Part shown: positions 9,239-18,099 of the stretch, one piece after another
Numbering within the stretch: the first letter of the stretch is position 1
Layout of the letters: each line of letters starts with the position of its first letter
Virus record (IMG/VR): IMGVR_UViG_3300025009_000032
DNA: 44,087 bases
From: a virus
Strand: one strand, 5' to 3'
Made by a program: the position numbers and the translations under genes
The notes under the pieces: model-generated
The model's input: the letters and a program-made list of their open reading frames with translations, nothing else
Databases searched by the model: none
What the model was told of the DNA's origin: nothing

Positions 9239-9571
9239 ATGAAAAAACTAATTAAAATTTTATTTAATACCCCTATTAATGCGTATATTAGTATTCAATT
9301 AATTATATTATTGATTATATTATGTATATTATTTTTCAGTTGTAAAAAAGAGAAACAGTACTTATGTACGATGTATATAAATCAAAGTACGATTTATTAC
9401 ACACCCGGTTTTCCTAAAGATTCTACATATAGTTTTTTAGTAGATAATAAAAAAGACTTTGATAAATGGAACGGTTATACAGCGAAATATGATACTGTTA
9501 TTTTTTACAGTTATCAAATTTTGCCAACAAATATACAAGTGGTTATAAATAAAAAGTGTAATTGCAAATAA
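9239..9571 (+). CDS. Putative lipoprotein
   Basis: 110 aa. Hydrophobic stretch LIILLIILCILFFSC followed by KKEK, i.e. a lipobox-like Cys with a charged tail. Lies upstream of the fibre gene (a small 9573-9740 ORF intervenes). Confidence 0.55.
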   Translation: MKKLIKILFNTPINAYISIQLIILLIILCILFFSCKKEKQYLCTMYINQSTIYYTPGFPKDSTYSFLVDNKKDFDKWNGYTAKYDTVIFYSYQILPTNIQVVINKKCNCK

Positions 9572-9572
9572 T

Positions 9573-9740
9573 ATGAATTATAGAGATATATTTAGTTATA
9601 GCGATATACCAAATAAGCCATACCTATTAAAAAATAGACATTGTTTACATAAAATTTGTAATAAAATAGTAGAAAACTATTCTTTTTTCATAATAGGAAC
9701 TATTTTAAAAGATGGTGATAATATAATTAATATGAATTAA
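9573..9740 (+). CDS. Small hypothetical protein (55 aa)
   Basis: Fills the gap between 9571 and 9741 exactly. Codons counted by hand. Confidence 0.35.
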   Translation: MNYRDIFSYSDIPNKPYLLKNRHCLHKICNKIVENYSFFIIGTILKDGDNIINMN

Positions 9741-12050
9741 ATGGACATTCTAAAAGTTGACGATGAAATTATTGAAGTAAAAAACAAGGCGACAGTTACG
9801 CTTTGTTGTAATAAGATTGGAGACTTAGAAAACCGTTACGGAACTTATTCAAACGAATTTGAACCAGTTGAAACGACAGAAAATCTTGCTAAATTAGATT
9901 TAATAAAATCCGTTCAAAACACATCTAAAAAGCCATATAAAAAGAATAAAGCAAGTTTATCTATTAATGGTACTGAGGTAATGCCTGAAGGTTTCGCAAA
10001 GATTGTAAATGGTAAGATTATTCTTTATAGTGGTATAATTGATTTGACTACACAATTAGAAGGGAAAAAGTTAAGAGATTTGGACTTATCGGCACTTGAC
10101 CATACGTGGTCATTAGCTAATATTGTTTCTTTAAACAGCACACAAGGGAATATCATTTATCCATTAATCGACTGGCATAGCGATAGTAATCCAACGAATA
10201 ATTATATAGACGGAGCATTGCATGGAATAGGTTCTATTGATGCACGTACATTATTTGCCTGTATATCTATTTTGTATATTATTCAACAAATAATTAAAGA
10301 TACAACTTATACAATTAGCGGAGATGTTTTAAGTGAAACAAAATTAACTAATCAGTATTTGCCTTTTTCGTTAGACAAATTAGAGTATGCAGAAGAGTTT
10401 ATTAAAAATAATGAGGCAACTATGGGTTTTATCAGTAGTGATATTGAATTGATTCCAGTTAGTTCATTTATAATAAGGTCTCCATTAGGATATAATCATG
10501 CTTTAAATGGTACATTTAATTTGGTTTGCGGAGGAAACATTGTATTTAGTGGCGTTGGTTACATATTATTGATTTCGTCTTCGGCAACTCCGATAACTGA
10601 CCCTGCATTTGTTGGTGGCACGTATAATGGAATATGGTATTATCCAGGCGGGACATATACTGGCGTTGGTGTTATAACAGGATATGGTATTTGTTTAACT
10701 ACTCAAAATTTGACTAATTATAATTATGAGTATGATGCCTATACTGTCTCAAGTCAATATTTTGTAAATTTTGATAATGGAATTACTTTTAATGTAGCAA
10801 AAATATTTAAAAATACAAACAATAATTTCAACATAAATACAGGAGAATATATATGTGCGTTCAAAGGCATATATACATTCGAGTTGTCTTTATATTGGAG
10901 TTTAAATATTGATATATTACCAATACTTTCATCTACGATTAGCGGTTCTGTTCAATTTGCAATATTAAAAAATGGTACAGCAATAGGAACATCGGCTGCA
11001 ATACCATTTTCACAAGCTGGTGTAGTTAATAGTTTTGGGACATCATATCAAACAACATTAATTACAACGACATCTAATTGTAATAAAAATGACCAAATAA
11101 CCGCAAGGGTAGTTAATATTCAAATTAACGGATTGCCAACAAATTCATTAAATTTTGTAAACGTATTATATGCAAATGCTTCATGGTTTGAAATAACAAT
11201 AGACCCTGCAATACAATGGGGTGGTGATATTTTCGCAAATCAGATTTTGCCTGACATGTCGCAACTGGATTTTTTAAAAACTGTACTACTTCAGCCTTTC
11301 GGACTTATTCCAAAAGTAGATAACGTAAACAAAGATATTGAATTAGTTTACTTTAAAAAGTATTATGATAATATACCAAAAGCTAAAGATTGGACTGATA
11401 AGATGGTTAAAGGTGATTATAAACCAATAACCGAAGAAAACAACACGGCGAAAAAGAATTGGTTTAAATATAAGCCAGATACTAACTTGCCACGATATAA
11501 TACAACTGGAATAGGTGATAGTTACTTTAATATAGACAATGAAAATTTACCAAAAGAAACAATTGTATTACAAAGCCCTTTTTCTGCCTCAATAGAAGTG
11601 AATAGATTTGGATTAGGTGCAAATGCTAAAAGAACGGTAAGGATTCCTAAATTGACATCTGGTGCAATGGTTAATAAAACGGAATTAAAAATAATTATGT
11701 TAGATTATAAGGTCGCACAAGGCACTATTCAATATTATGATGGCTCAAACCCTGCCTTAGCTTCGTATTATTCAACAATAATGCCTTTAGCTTATTTTGA
11801 CGATTCAACAATGCAAGATAATCTTAGTTTTGCAAATTTGATTAATCAAAACTACTATGAATATGCAAATTTTATATTCAAACAATATAAAAAGTTAAAA
11901 ATTCCTTTTTGGTTAAATGTGCGAGATATTAATAAGTTTGACTTTTTTATTCCTATATATTTAAAACAATTTGCAAGTAATTTTATAGTTGAAGAAATAA
12001 GCGAGTTTGAAGAAACATCACCAACAACCGTAACCTTAGTAAAAATGTAA
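9741..12050 (+). CDS. Tail fibre / receptor-binding-like protein with C1q/TNF-like central domain
   Basis: 769 aa. FNINTGEYICAFKGIYTFELSLYW...FAILKNGTAIGTS...NDQITARVVNI follows the C1q globular-domain pattern. Confidence 0.65.
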   Translation: MDILKVDDEIIEVKNKATVTLCCNKIGDLENRYGTYSNEFEPVETTENLAKLDLIKSVQNTSKKPYKKNKASLSINGTEVMPEGFAKIVNGKIILYSGIIDLTTQLEGKKLRDLDLSALDHTWSLANIVSLNSTQGNIIYPLIDWHSDSNPTNNYIDGALHGIGSIDARTLFACISILYIIQQIIKDTTYTISGDVLSETKLTNQYLPFSLDKLEYAEEFIKNNEATMGFISSDIELIPVSSFIIRSPLGYNHALNGTFNLVCGGNIVFSGVGYILLISSSATPITDPAFVGGTYNGIWYYPGGTYTGVGVITGYGICLTTQNLTNYNYEYDAYTVSSQYFVNFDNGITFNVAKIFKNTNNNFNINTGEYICAFKGIYTFELSLYWSLNIDILPILSSTISGSVQFAILKNGTAIGTSAAIPFSQAGVVNSFGTSYQTTLITTTSNCNKNDQITARVVNIQINGLPTNSLNFVNVLYANASWFEITIDPAIQWGGDIFANQILPDMSQLDFLKTVLLQPFGLIPKVDNVNKDIELVYFKKYYDNIPKAKDWTDKMVKGDYKPITEENNTAKKNWFKYKPDTNLPRYNTTGIGDSYFNIDNENLPKETIVLQSPFSASIEVNRFGLGANAKRTVRIPKLTSGAMVNKTELKIIMLDYKVAQGTIQYYDGSNPALASYYSTIMPLAYFDDSTMQDNLSFANLINQNYYEYANFIFKQYKKLKIPFWLNVRDINKFDFFIPIYLKQFASNFIVEEISEFEETSPTTVTLVKM

Positions 12051-12052
12051 TT

Positions 12053-14713
12053 ATGGCAACCGAAGCGAAATCAATACTTATAGAGATAAAAATTAACGTT
12101 CCTGAATTAGAAGCACAATCAAATAAGGTTGAAGAAATAATCAGGGGTATAAAAAAAGAGCAAGAACTGTTAAAGAAAACAACAGGAACGAATACTGCTG
12201 AATATAAGTTATTAGATGAGGAATTAAGAAGAAATCAACAAATATTAAGAGATAATGCTAAGGTTTTAGACGTAAATAAACAGCAATTAGACAGAAATAA
12301 TGCTTCATTAAAACAAGTTGAACAGGCGTTAAACGGAAGTAGGGCGGCTTATGCAAACCTAACAAAAGAGCAAAGGAATAATGCAGAAGTGGGAGGTAAG
12401 CTATTAACTCAAATAAAAGGCTTAACAAAAGAGCAACAACATTTAAGGGCTGAGATGGGACAGCATCAAGGTAATGTAGGTAATTATAAAACTGCATTAT
12501 CTAATTTAGGAGGTTCAATTGTTTCTTTAGCTGCTGGTTATTTATCATTACAGGGAGCTATGCAATTAGTTCGTTCAATATTTTCTGAAACAAGGGAAAT
12601 TGATGCATTAGATGCTTCATATAAACTAATGATTACCGATACAAACGAACTTGCAAATACAAACAGAGAATTAAAAAGAATTTCTGATGCGTATGGTATT
12701 TCTATAAATGAATTAAGAGGCTCATATATTAAATTTAATGCTGTTACACGTGGTACGGCATTAGAGGGGCAGAAAGGAATAGATATATTTGAAAAAGTAA
12801 GCAAAGTTTTATCATTAACAGGTAAATCGGCAGAGGAAAGCAACCGTGTATTTATGGCACTTACACAAATGATTGGTAAGGGAGCGGTAATGAGTGAGGA
12901 GTTAAAAATTCAATTAGGAGATACGTTACCTATTGCATTAAAAGCAATGGAACGTGCGACTGGATTAGTTGGGAATGAACTTTTTGAAATGATGAAAAAA
13001 GGGAAAATAATTAGTTCGGAAGTTTTACCTCAGTTTGCAATTGAACTTGAAAAAGCCATCGGTGCTGAAAGTGTAACCAAAGTTGAAACATTAAATAGTA
13101 ATATAAAAAGAAGTAAAACTGCTTGGACTGATTTTGTTGTAATATTACAAAGCTCTGGGTTTTTCTCTACGATTGTTGAAAGTTATACAAGTGCATTAGA
13201 AGGATTAACCTCAATTATTGACAAACTAACAGGAGGGTTAAAAAAAGCAGAAGCAGACAGAAATAAATTATTATCTGAATCATTAATTACATATAAGCAG
13301 TTAAATGAATTAGGTAAAAAAGATATGTTTGCGGAGCTTATTGAAAAAAGAAAATTTGCAGGTGAACAATTTAAGCAAATAACAGATAAGACTTCTAAGG
13401 AAGTTGCAAATGCAATAACTCAGGAATATTTATTATATAGTCAACAAATAAATGAAATAAGAGCATTAAATAAAGAAAAATCAAAAATAACAACAGAAAC
13501 AAATGAAGAAACAACTAATAAGATAGCCGAAGAAAATGCTAAAAAACTAAAAGCAGATAAAGACTTAGCATTAAAAAAGCTAAAAGAACAATATGAGTAT
13601 CAAAAATCACTTTATGAATTAGCAAATGAGAGTGAGATAGAATTAGAGAATTTAAGGTATGAGTATCAGAAAAAGGAGGATATATTAACAGATGCGAGTA
13701 ATACGCTTAAATTAACACATGAAACCGACCATTTAGTAAGAATGCAGCGAATAAACGAAAAGGCTGCAACTGAATTTGAAAAGTGGAAGGAAGCAAAGAA
13801 TAAAAAACAGATTGCTGATGCTGACAATGCTGCAAATGAAGCAGAAAAAGCCAAAGATGAATTTGAAAAATGGAAATTAGCTAAAAATAAAAAGCAAATT
13901 AGCGATGCAGATATAGCAGAAAAAGAAGCAGAAGAAAAAAAACAATTAATAGTAAATACATCTTATGAGATTGCAAAGGCAGGTGAAGAAATGCTTTTTG
14001 AAATACATAAAAACGGTATTCAAAGAACCTTAGATGCCGACCAGAAAGCACTCGAAGCTAAAAGAGAATTAGCATTAGCAGAACTTGAAGCACACGGAGC
14101 AACTCAGGAGGCTAAGGATAGATTAAACAAAGAATACGAAGCGAAAAGCAACAAATTAAGATATGATGCTGAAATTAAAGAATGGAATGCACAAAGATTA
14201 AAGATTGCTGTTGATGCTGCTTTAGCTATTGCTCAAATTTGGGCTAAACAATTATCTACAAAATTAGAAGCAGGTATTCCTTTCGCTATTGCTGAAAGTG
14301 CTATTGTTGCAGCACAAGCGGTGGCGGCAGAAGCGGTATTATCTAAAAACAAACCAGTTTTAGCACGTGGAGGATATGCAAAGACAGGAGCTATATTAAA
14401 TGGTAACTCTCATGCACAGGGAGGTATTGACGTTAATATGGAGGGAGGAGAAGCTGTAATAAATAAACGTTCAACTGCAATGTTTTTACCAACTTTATCA
14501 AAAATAAACCAAGCAGGAGGCGGAGTTCCATTTATGGAATCTGGCGGAATAATTCCGCAATATCAGCAGGGAGTTGTTTTGAACAATTATTTTGATATGC
14601 AAAATATGATTATGGAGGCTATAAAGAGTTTGCCCCCGCAAGTAGTTTTAGTTAAAGATATGAAAGAGGGTTTAATTAACAATCAAATTAAAGTTGATGG
14701 AGCAAGAGTTTAG
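12053..14713 (+). CDS. Tail tape measure protein (TP901-type core)
   Basis: 886 aa. LTQMIGKGAVMSEELKIQLGDTLPIALKAMERATG core, long coiled-coil, internal 87-bp tandem duplication, Gly-rich C-terminus. Confidence 0.85.
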   Translation: MATEAKSILIEIKINVPELEAQSNKVEEIIRGIKKEQELLKKTTGTNTAEYKLLDEELRRNQQILRDNAKVLDVNKQQLDRNNASLKQVEQALNGSRAAYANLTKEQRNNAEVGGKLLTQIKGLTKEQQHLRAEMGQHQGNVGNYKTALSNLGGSIVSLAAGYLSLQGAMQLVRSIFSETREIDALDASYKLMITDTNELANTNRELKRISDAYGISINELRGSYIKFNAVTRGTALEGQKGIDIFEKVSKVLSLTGKSAEESNRVFMALTQMIGKGAVMSEELKIQLGDTLPIALKAMERATGLVGNELFEMMKKGKIISSEVLPQFAIELEKAIGAESVTKVETLNSNIKRSKTAWTDFVVILQSSGFFSTIVESYTSALEGLTSIIDKLTGGLKKAEADRNKLLSESLITYKQLNELGKKDMFAELIEKRKFAGEQFKQITDKTSKEVANAITQEYLLYSQQINEIRALNKEKSKITTETNEETTNKIAEENAKKLKADKDLALKKLKEQYEYQKSLYELANESEIELENLRYEYQKKEDILTDASNTLKLTHETDHLVRMQRINEKAATEFEKWKEAKNKKQIADADNAANEAEKAKDEFEKWKLAKNKKQISDADIAEKEAEEKKQLIVNTSYEIAKAGEEMLFEIHKNGIQRTLDADQKALEAKRELALAELEAHGATQEAKDRLNKEYEAKSNKLRYDAEIKEWNAQRLKIAVDAALAIAQIWAKQLSTKLEAGIPFAIAESAIVAAQAVAAEAVLSKNKPVLARGGYAKTGAILNGNSHAQGGIDVNMEGGEAVINKRSTAMFLPTLSKINQAGGGVPFMESGGIIPQYQQGVVLNNYFDMQNMIMEAIKSLPPQVVLVKDMKEGLINNQIKVDGARV

Positions 14714-14984
14714 TTATGAAATGCCTGTTTATGACTTTTTGAAAGTCCTTAATATTGATAAATACATTAAGTATATGAATAGGAAAGGAATTAATCCTAA
14801 CACTATTTATAAAGATAGAGATATTTATGATTGTTTCTTAAAAAATAAGGAACGTTGTTTAAAAGCAAGAATTAAAGACGTGATAACACAAGCCGAATCT
14901 GATACAGTTGAAGATTTTAGGATTTTAGGATATAAATATAGTGTTAAAATGGTAAGGAGAATAAGAGTTAAATTTGCAAAATGA
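14697..14984 (+). CDS. Hypothetical protein
   Basis: The track ORF starts at TTG 14694; the first ATG is at 14697. Overlaps the TMP stop. Confidence 0.5.
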   Translation: MEQEFSYEMPVYDFLKVLNIDKYIKYMNRKGINPNTIYKDRDIYDCFLKNKERCLKARIKDVITQAESDTVEDFRILGYKYSVKMVRRIRVKFAK

Positions 14985-15691
14985 TATATCAGATATTTTA
15001 TAATAATGAATCAAAAAGCAAGCTATTCAAAGAGCTAAAGCCTTATGATAATACTGGCAAATGTAGTAAATATTTTGAAACAGATGTAATATTAGATATA
15101 TGGCAAAATAATAAATCAGAGTGGGAAAATAGTAAGTATGTAGGTGCATTGAGTTGGAGATTTCAGCAAAAAACATATTTAAGTTATAATAAACTAAAAC
15201 AAGGCATAGACAAATGTAATACACCTGTGGTTTATTTAACAAGCAGTAATAGCTTAGGTTATGGCAAAGGATTATCAGACCATTCATTTAATCAATGCAG
15301 AACAATAGCTGCGGAGATTGACAGACTTAATATTTTGGAATTTAAAATATTTTCGCATGACATAGACAAACATTCAAATTTCAGTAATTATTGGTTGTTA
15401 ACACCTGTTTTATTTGATGAATATTGTAGATTTATAAATTATATTAAAACATTTATAGATACCACTTCTAATAAAACTATAAGAGAACAATTGCGTATTC
15501 CTGTAAAATATAGGGTCGAGAATAAGATAGAATATTTTTGTCATCCGTTTTTTATGGAGAGGCTATTTGCTGTTTGGGTTTGCAATAAAGGATATGAATA
15601 TAGATATATACTTCCTGCTATTCCTGCAAATTCAGTAAGTAGGATAACTAATTTTTACAAATATAATAAAGATAATATTATTTTAGTATGA
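14981..15691 (+). CDS. Polysaccharide-locus-type protein (DUF4422-like putative glycosyltransferase)
   Basis: IYQIFYNNESK..PYDN..YVGALSWRFQQKT pattern, which I recall from uncharacterised proteins in EPS/LPS clusters. ATGA overlap with the upstream gene. Confidence 0.5.
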   Translation: MIYQIFYNNESKSKLFKELKPYDNTGKCSKYFETDVILDIWQNNKSEWENSKYVGALSWRFQQKTYLSYNKLKQGIDKCNTPVVYLTSSNSLGYGKGLSDHSFNQCRTIAAEIDRLNILEFKIFSHDIDKHSNFSNYWLLTPVLFDEYCRFINYIKTFIDTTSNKTIREQLRIPVKYRVENKIEYFCHPFFMERLFAVWVCNKGYEYRYILPAIPANSVSRITNFYKYNKDNIILV

Positions 15692-16245
15692 TTACAATTG
15701 TAACAAGGACAATGAAAGGTCGTGAAATACGACTTAAACAAATGATTGATTCCTTAAAAAGTCAAACATCAAATAATTACCAGCATTTAATTTTAAATGA
15801 CAATATAGGGTTAGGTATGTTGGAGGCTAATAAATCATTTTTCAATAATAAAGAAAAAGTAAAAGGCGACTATATTCACTTATTAGATGATGATGATTTT
15901 TATTGTTCAAGTGATTTTATAAAAGACATATCAGATATAGCATATTATAATGAGCCAGATGTTATTATTTTTAAAATGATTATAAAGATACCAAACGCAC
16001 CAATAGGATATGATTTTGTATTCCCAAAATGTTGGAATAAATCGCCTGAAAGAGCTAAAATAGGAGGCAGTTGTTTTGTTGTTTCAAATAGAATTTATCA
16101 AAAATATATACATCATTTTGGAGTTTATCCTATGGGTGATTTTAACTTTATTAATGAGGTTTGGAAAGAGCCGAATTTAAAAGTAATTTGGCAAGATAAA
16201 ATATATTGTGAAACCGGAATAGTAAGCAGAGGGAAAATATTATGA
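15688..16245 (+). CDS. Glycosyltransferase family 2 (GT-A)
   Basis: ITIVTRT...SLKSQTSNNYQHLILND N-terminus and a DxD motif (LLDDDD). Confidence 0.75.
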   Translation: MITIVTRTMKGREIRLKQMIDSLKSQTSNNYQHLILNDNIGLGMLEANKSFFNNKEKVKGDYIHLLDDDDFYCSSDFIKDISDIAYYNEPDVIIFKMIIKIPNAPIGYDFVFPKCWNKSPERAKIGGSCFVVSNRIYQKYIHHFGVYPMGDFNFINEVWKEPNLKVIWQDKIYCETGIVSRGKIL

Positions 16246-16967
16246 TAACACAAAGCAGATTTTCAGAAAGTGTTAAGTTTTTTAAATCAGAGTTTAATAA
16301 GCTATGGAATTTAAAAGAATTAACAGACAAAGCAAGTCCATGCGTATTTTTTGGAGTTTACAGCACAGCAGACGTTGAACTGATAAACAATTATAAAGGA
16401 TTTAAAGTAATATTCTTTTTAGGTGCAGACTTGCCAAATTTAAGTAGAATAGGTAAACGTAATACATTATTTTGTTCAGACAAACATAATATATTAGATA
16501 TTTATAAAAGTCAAAAATTGAATTATTATAACGGTATTATTCCAGTCAAAGATTATAATATATTTAAGCAATATCCAAAAGGTGAAAAGATTTATGTTTA
16601 TAGGAATAATACAAGTGAGGGAACTCATAAGAAATTTAAATTATGTTTATTAGAACCTGCAATTAAGTATTTTGGCAAAGATAAGTTTTTGTTTGGAATA
16701 CATGGAAATTCTATTGAAACAATGATAAATGACTATTATAAACAATCATTTGTTAATATTCAGCTTAATGAAATGGCGGGTTTTGCTTCAGCTATTGAAA
16801 TGGCTTGTATGGGTCGTAAGTCAATAAGTAATAATAAAGCTCCATTTTGCATTCCTTACACACCGACAAATATTATAGAATTGATAAAAAACGAAATGAC
16901 AAGTCCGTTAGATAATTCAGTAAAAAATTATATTAATTATTCAAATAAATGGTTAAATGAAAGCTAA
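16242..16967 (+). CDS. Hypothetical protein in glycan cluster (possibly GT-B-like)
   Basis: 241 aa. C-terminal GFASAIEMACMGRKSI resembles the GT1/GT4 acceptor-side helix. Weak evidence. Confidence 0.45.
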   Translation: MITQSRFSESVKFFKSEFNKLWNLKELTDKASPCVFFGVYSTADVELINNYKGFKVIFFLGADLPNLSRIGKRNTLFCSDKHNILDIYKSQKLNYYNGIIPVKDYNIFKQYPKGEKIYVYRNNTSEGTHKKFKLCLLEPAIKYFGKDKFLFGIHGNSIETMINDYYKQSFVNIQLNEMAGFASAIEMACMGRKSISNNKAPFCIPYTPTNIIELIKNEMTSPLDNSVKNYINYSNKWLNES

Positions 16968-17475
16968 AAGTCAAAGGGCAGATAAAGCTGCAAAAGATGG
17001 ATTAAATGATTTAATAAAATTATTACCTGATAATATTGTAGGAATAGAGTTAGGAAGTTATGCTGGAGAAAGTGCAGAAATATTCTGTCAGTCAGGGAAA
17101 TTCAAGGAATTGCATTGCTTTGATATATGGAACGGTGATTATCACGTAGGAACAGGCGAAGCGGAATTTGATTTTATAAAAAAGAAATATCCTGAGATAG
17201 TAAAATATAAAGAATATAGTAATAAAATAGTTGAGATATTTAAAAATAAACATATTGACTTTATCTATATTGATGCAATGCACACATACGAAGCCGTTAA
17301 GGAGGATATAAAAAACTCTTTAATAGTACTTAATAATAAAGGTATAATTGCAGGGCATGATTATATTGATACACCACGTAACCCTTTTGGCGGGGTGATA
17401 AAAGCCGTAAATGAAAATTTTAAACCAGATTATTTATTTCAAGATACCTCATGGATAAAGATATTACAGGAGTAG
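16957..17475 (+). CDS. Class I SAM-dependent methyltransferase (Methyltransf_24 / TylF-like)
   Basis: IVGIELGSYAGESAE SAM-binding loop, IDFIYIDAMHTYEAV, GIIAGHDY. Confidence 0.75.
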   Translation: MKAKSQRADKAAKDGLNDLIKLLPDNIVGIELGSYAGESAEIFCQSGKFKELHCFDIWNGDYHVGTGEAEFDFIKKKYPEIVKYKEYSNKIVEIFKNKHIDFIYIDAMHTYEAVKEDIKNSLIVLNNKGIIAGHDYIDTPRNPFGGVIKAVNENFKPDYLFQDTSWIKILQE

Positions 17476-18029
17476 TAGTTAATTATTGCACTTATGATTT
17501 ATTGGCAAATGCAATTAATTCAATAAGAAAATATTATCCTAATTTAAATATAGTGGTTATAGATAATACTCCAAAAGCAAAAGTAAAAAAAATAAAAGAT
17601 GTTAAAACATTAAATACTTTTGAAAATTTAGGACATGGAACCGGTTTAAATATAGGAATATCACTAATTAAATCAAATGAAATACTGATATTTGATAGTG
17701 ATATAATAATGAAAAAGCCATGTATAGAAGAAATGTATTATAACATAGGATGTAATTATGGGATAGGAAATATAATTACAGTAAACAAAAAAGGATTTAA
17801 TGATTATGTAGGAATAAAATACTTACATCCGCATTTTTGTATGATAAATAGAAGCATGTATTACAAGTACCATAGATTTATTCATCATGGGGCACCTTTT
17901 ATTAAAACTATGATAGAGTTAGATAATAAATATTTAGTTAATTTTGATACATCAAAATATATTGCTCACTTAGGAAGAGGCACTGTTAATTTAAAACCTA
18001 AAGAATTTATGGAAAATTGGGAAACATAA
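17451..18029 (+). CDS. Glycosyltransferase family 2 (GT-A)
   Basis: TGVVVNYCTYDLLANAINSIRKYYPNLNIVVIDN plus a DxD-like FDSDIIM. Confidence 0.7.
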   Translation: MDKDITGVVVNYCTYDLLANAINSIRKYYPNLNIVVIDNTPKAKVKKIKDVKTLNTFENLGHGTGLNIGISLIKSNEILIFDSDIIMKKPCIEEMYYNIGCNYGIGNIITVNKKGFNDYVGIKYLHPHFCMINRSMYYKYHRFIHHGAPFIKTMIELDNKYLVNFDTSKYIAHLGRGTVNLKPKEFMENWET

Positions 18030-18099
18030 AAAAAATTTGTACAAAGTCGTGTCCAATAAGGCGTAAATAATTGCTGTAATTTTACAGAAAATTATTTTT

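Noticed and set aside
12258-12843. Two minus-strand ORFs (79 and 101 aa) inside the tape measure gene. Similar short antisense ORFs occur at 231-437, 638-859, 3111-3371, 5266-5469, 13666-13854, 15027-15287, 18846-19076, 22810-23043, 23646-23921, 27913-28152, 31391-31902, 37994-38185, 39740-39973, 41039-41338 and 42620-42808.
   Set aside because: All are embedded antisense in longer + strand genes that carry recognisable motifs or tight gene coupling. Their translations are low-complexity and hydrophobic, as expected from AT-rich antisense reading.
14981-18029. Glycosyltransferase cluster as a DNA hypermodification (base glycosylation) system
   Set aside because: No dCMP/dUMP hydroxymethylase, dNMP kinase, dCTPase or other modified-nucleotide pathway genes are visible. 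The enzymes look like GT-A polysaccharide- or protein-type transferases plus a sugar-type O-methyltransferase. This stays unlikely rather than excluded.
18037-18077. Palindromes TTTGTACAAA (18037-18046) and CTGTAATTTTACAG (18064-18077) ahead of the protease gene, considered as a late regulatory site
   Set aside because: They are single-copy, AT-rich and short, with no recurrence elsewhere in the genome. That is not enough evidence to call them a regulatory element.
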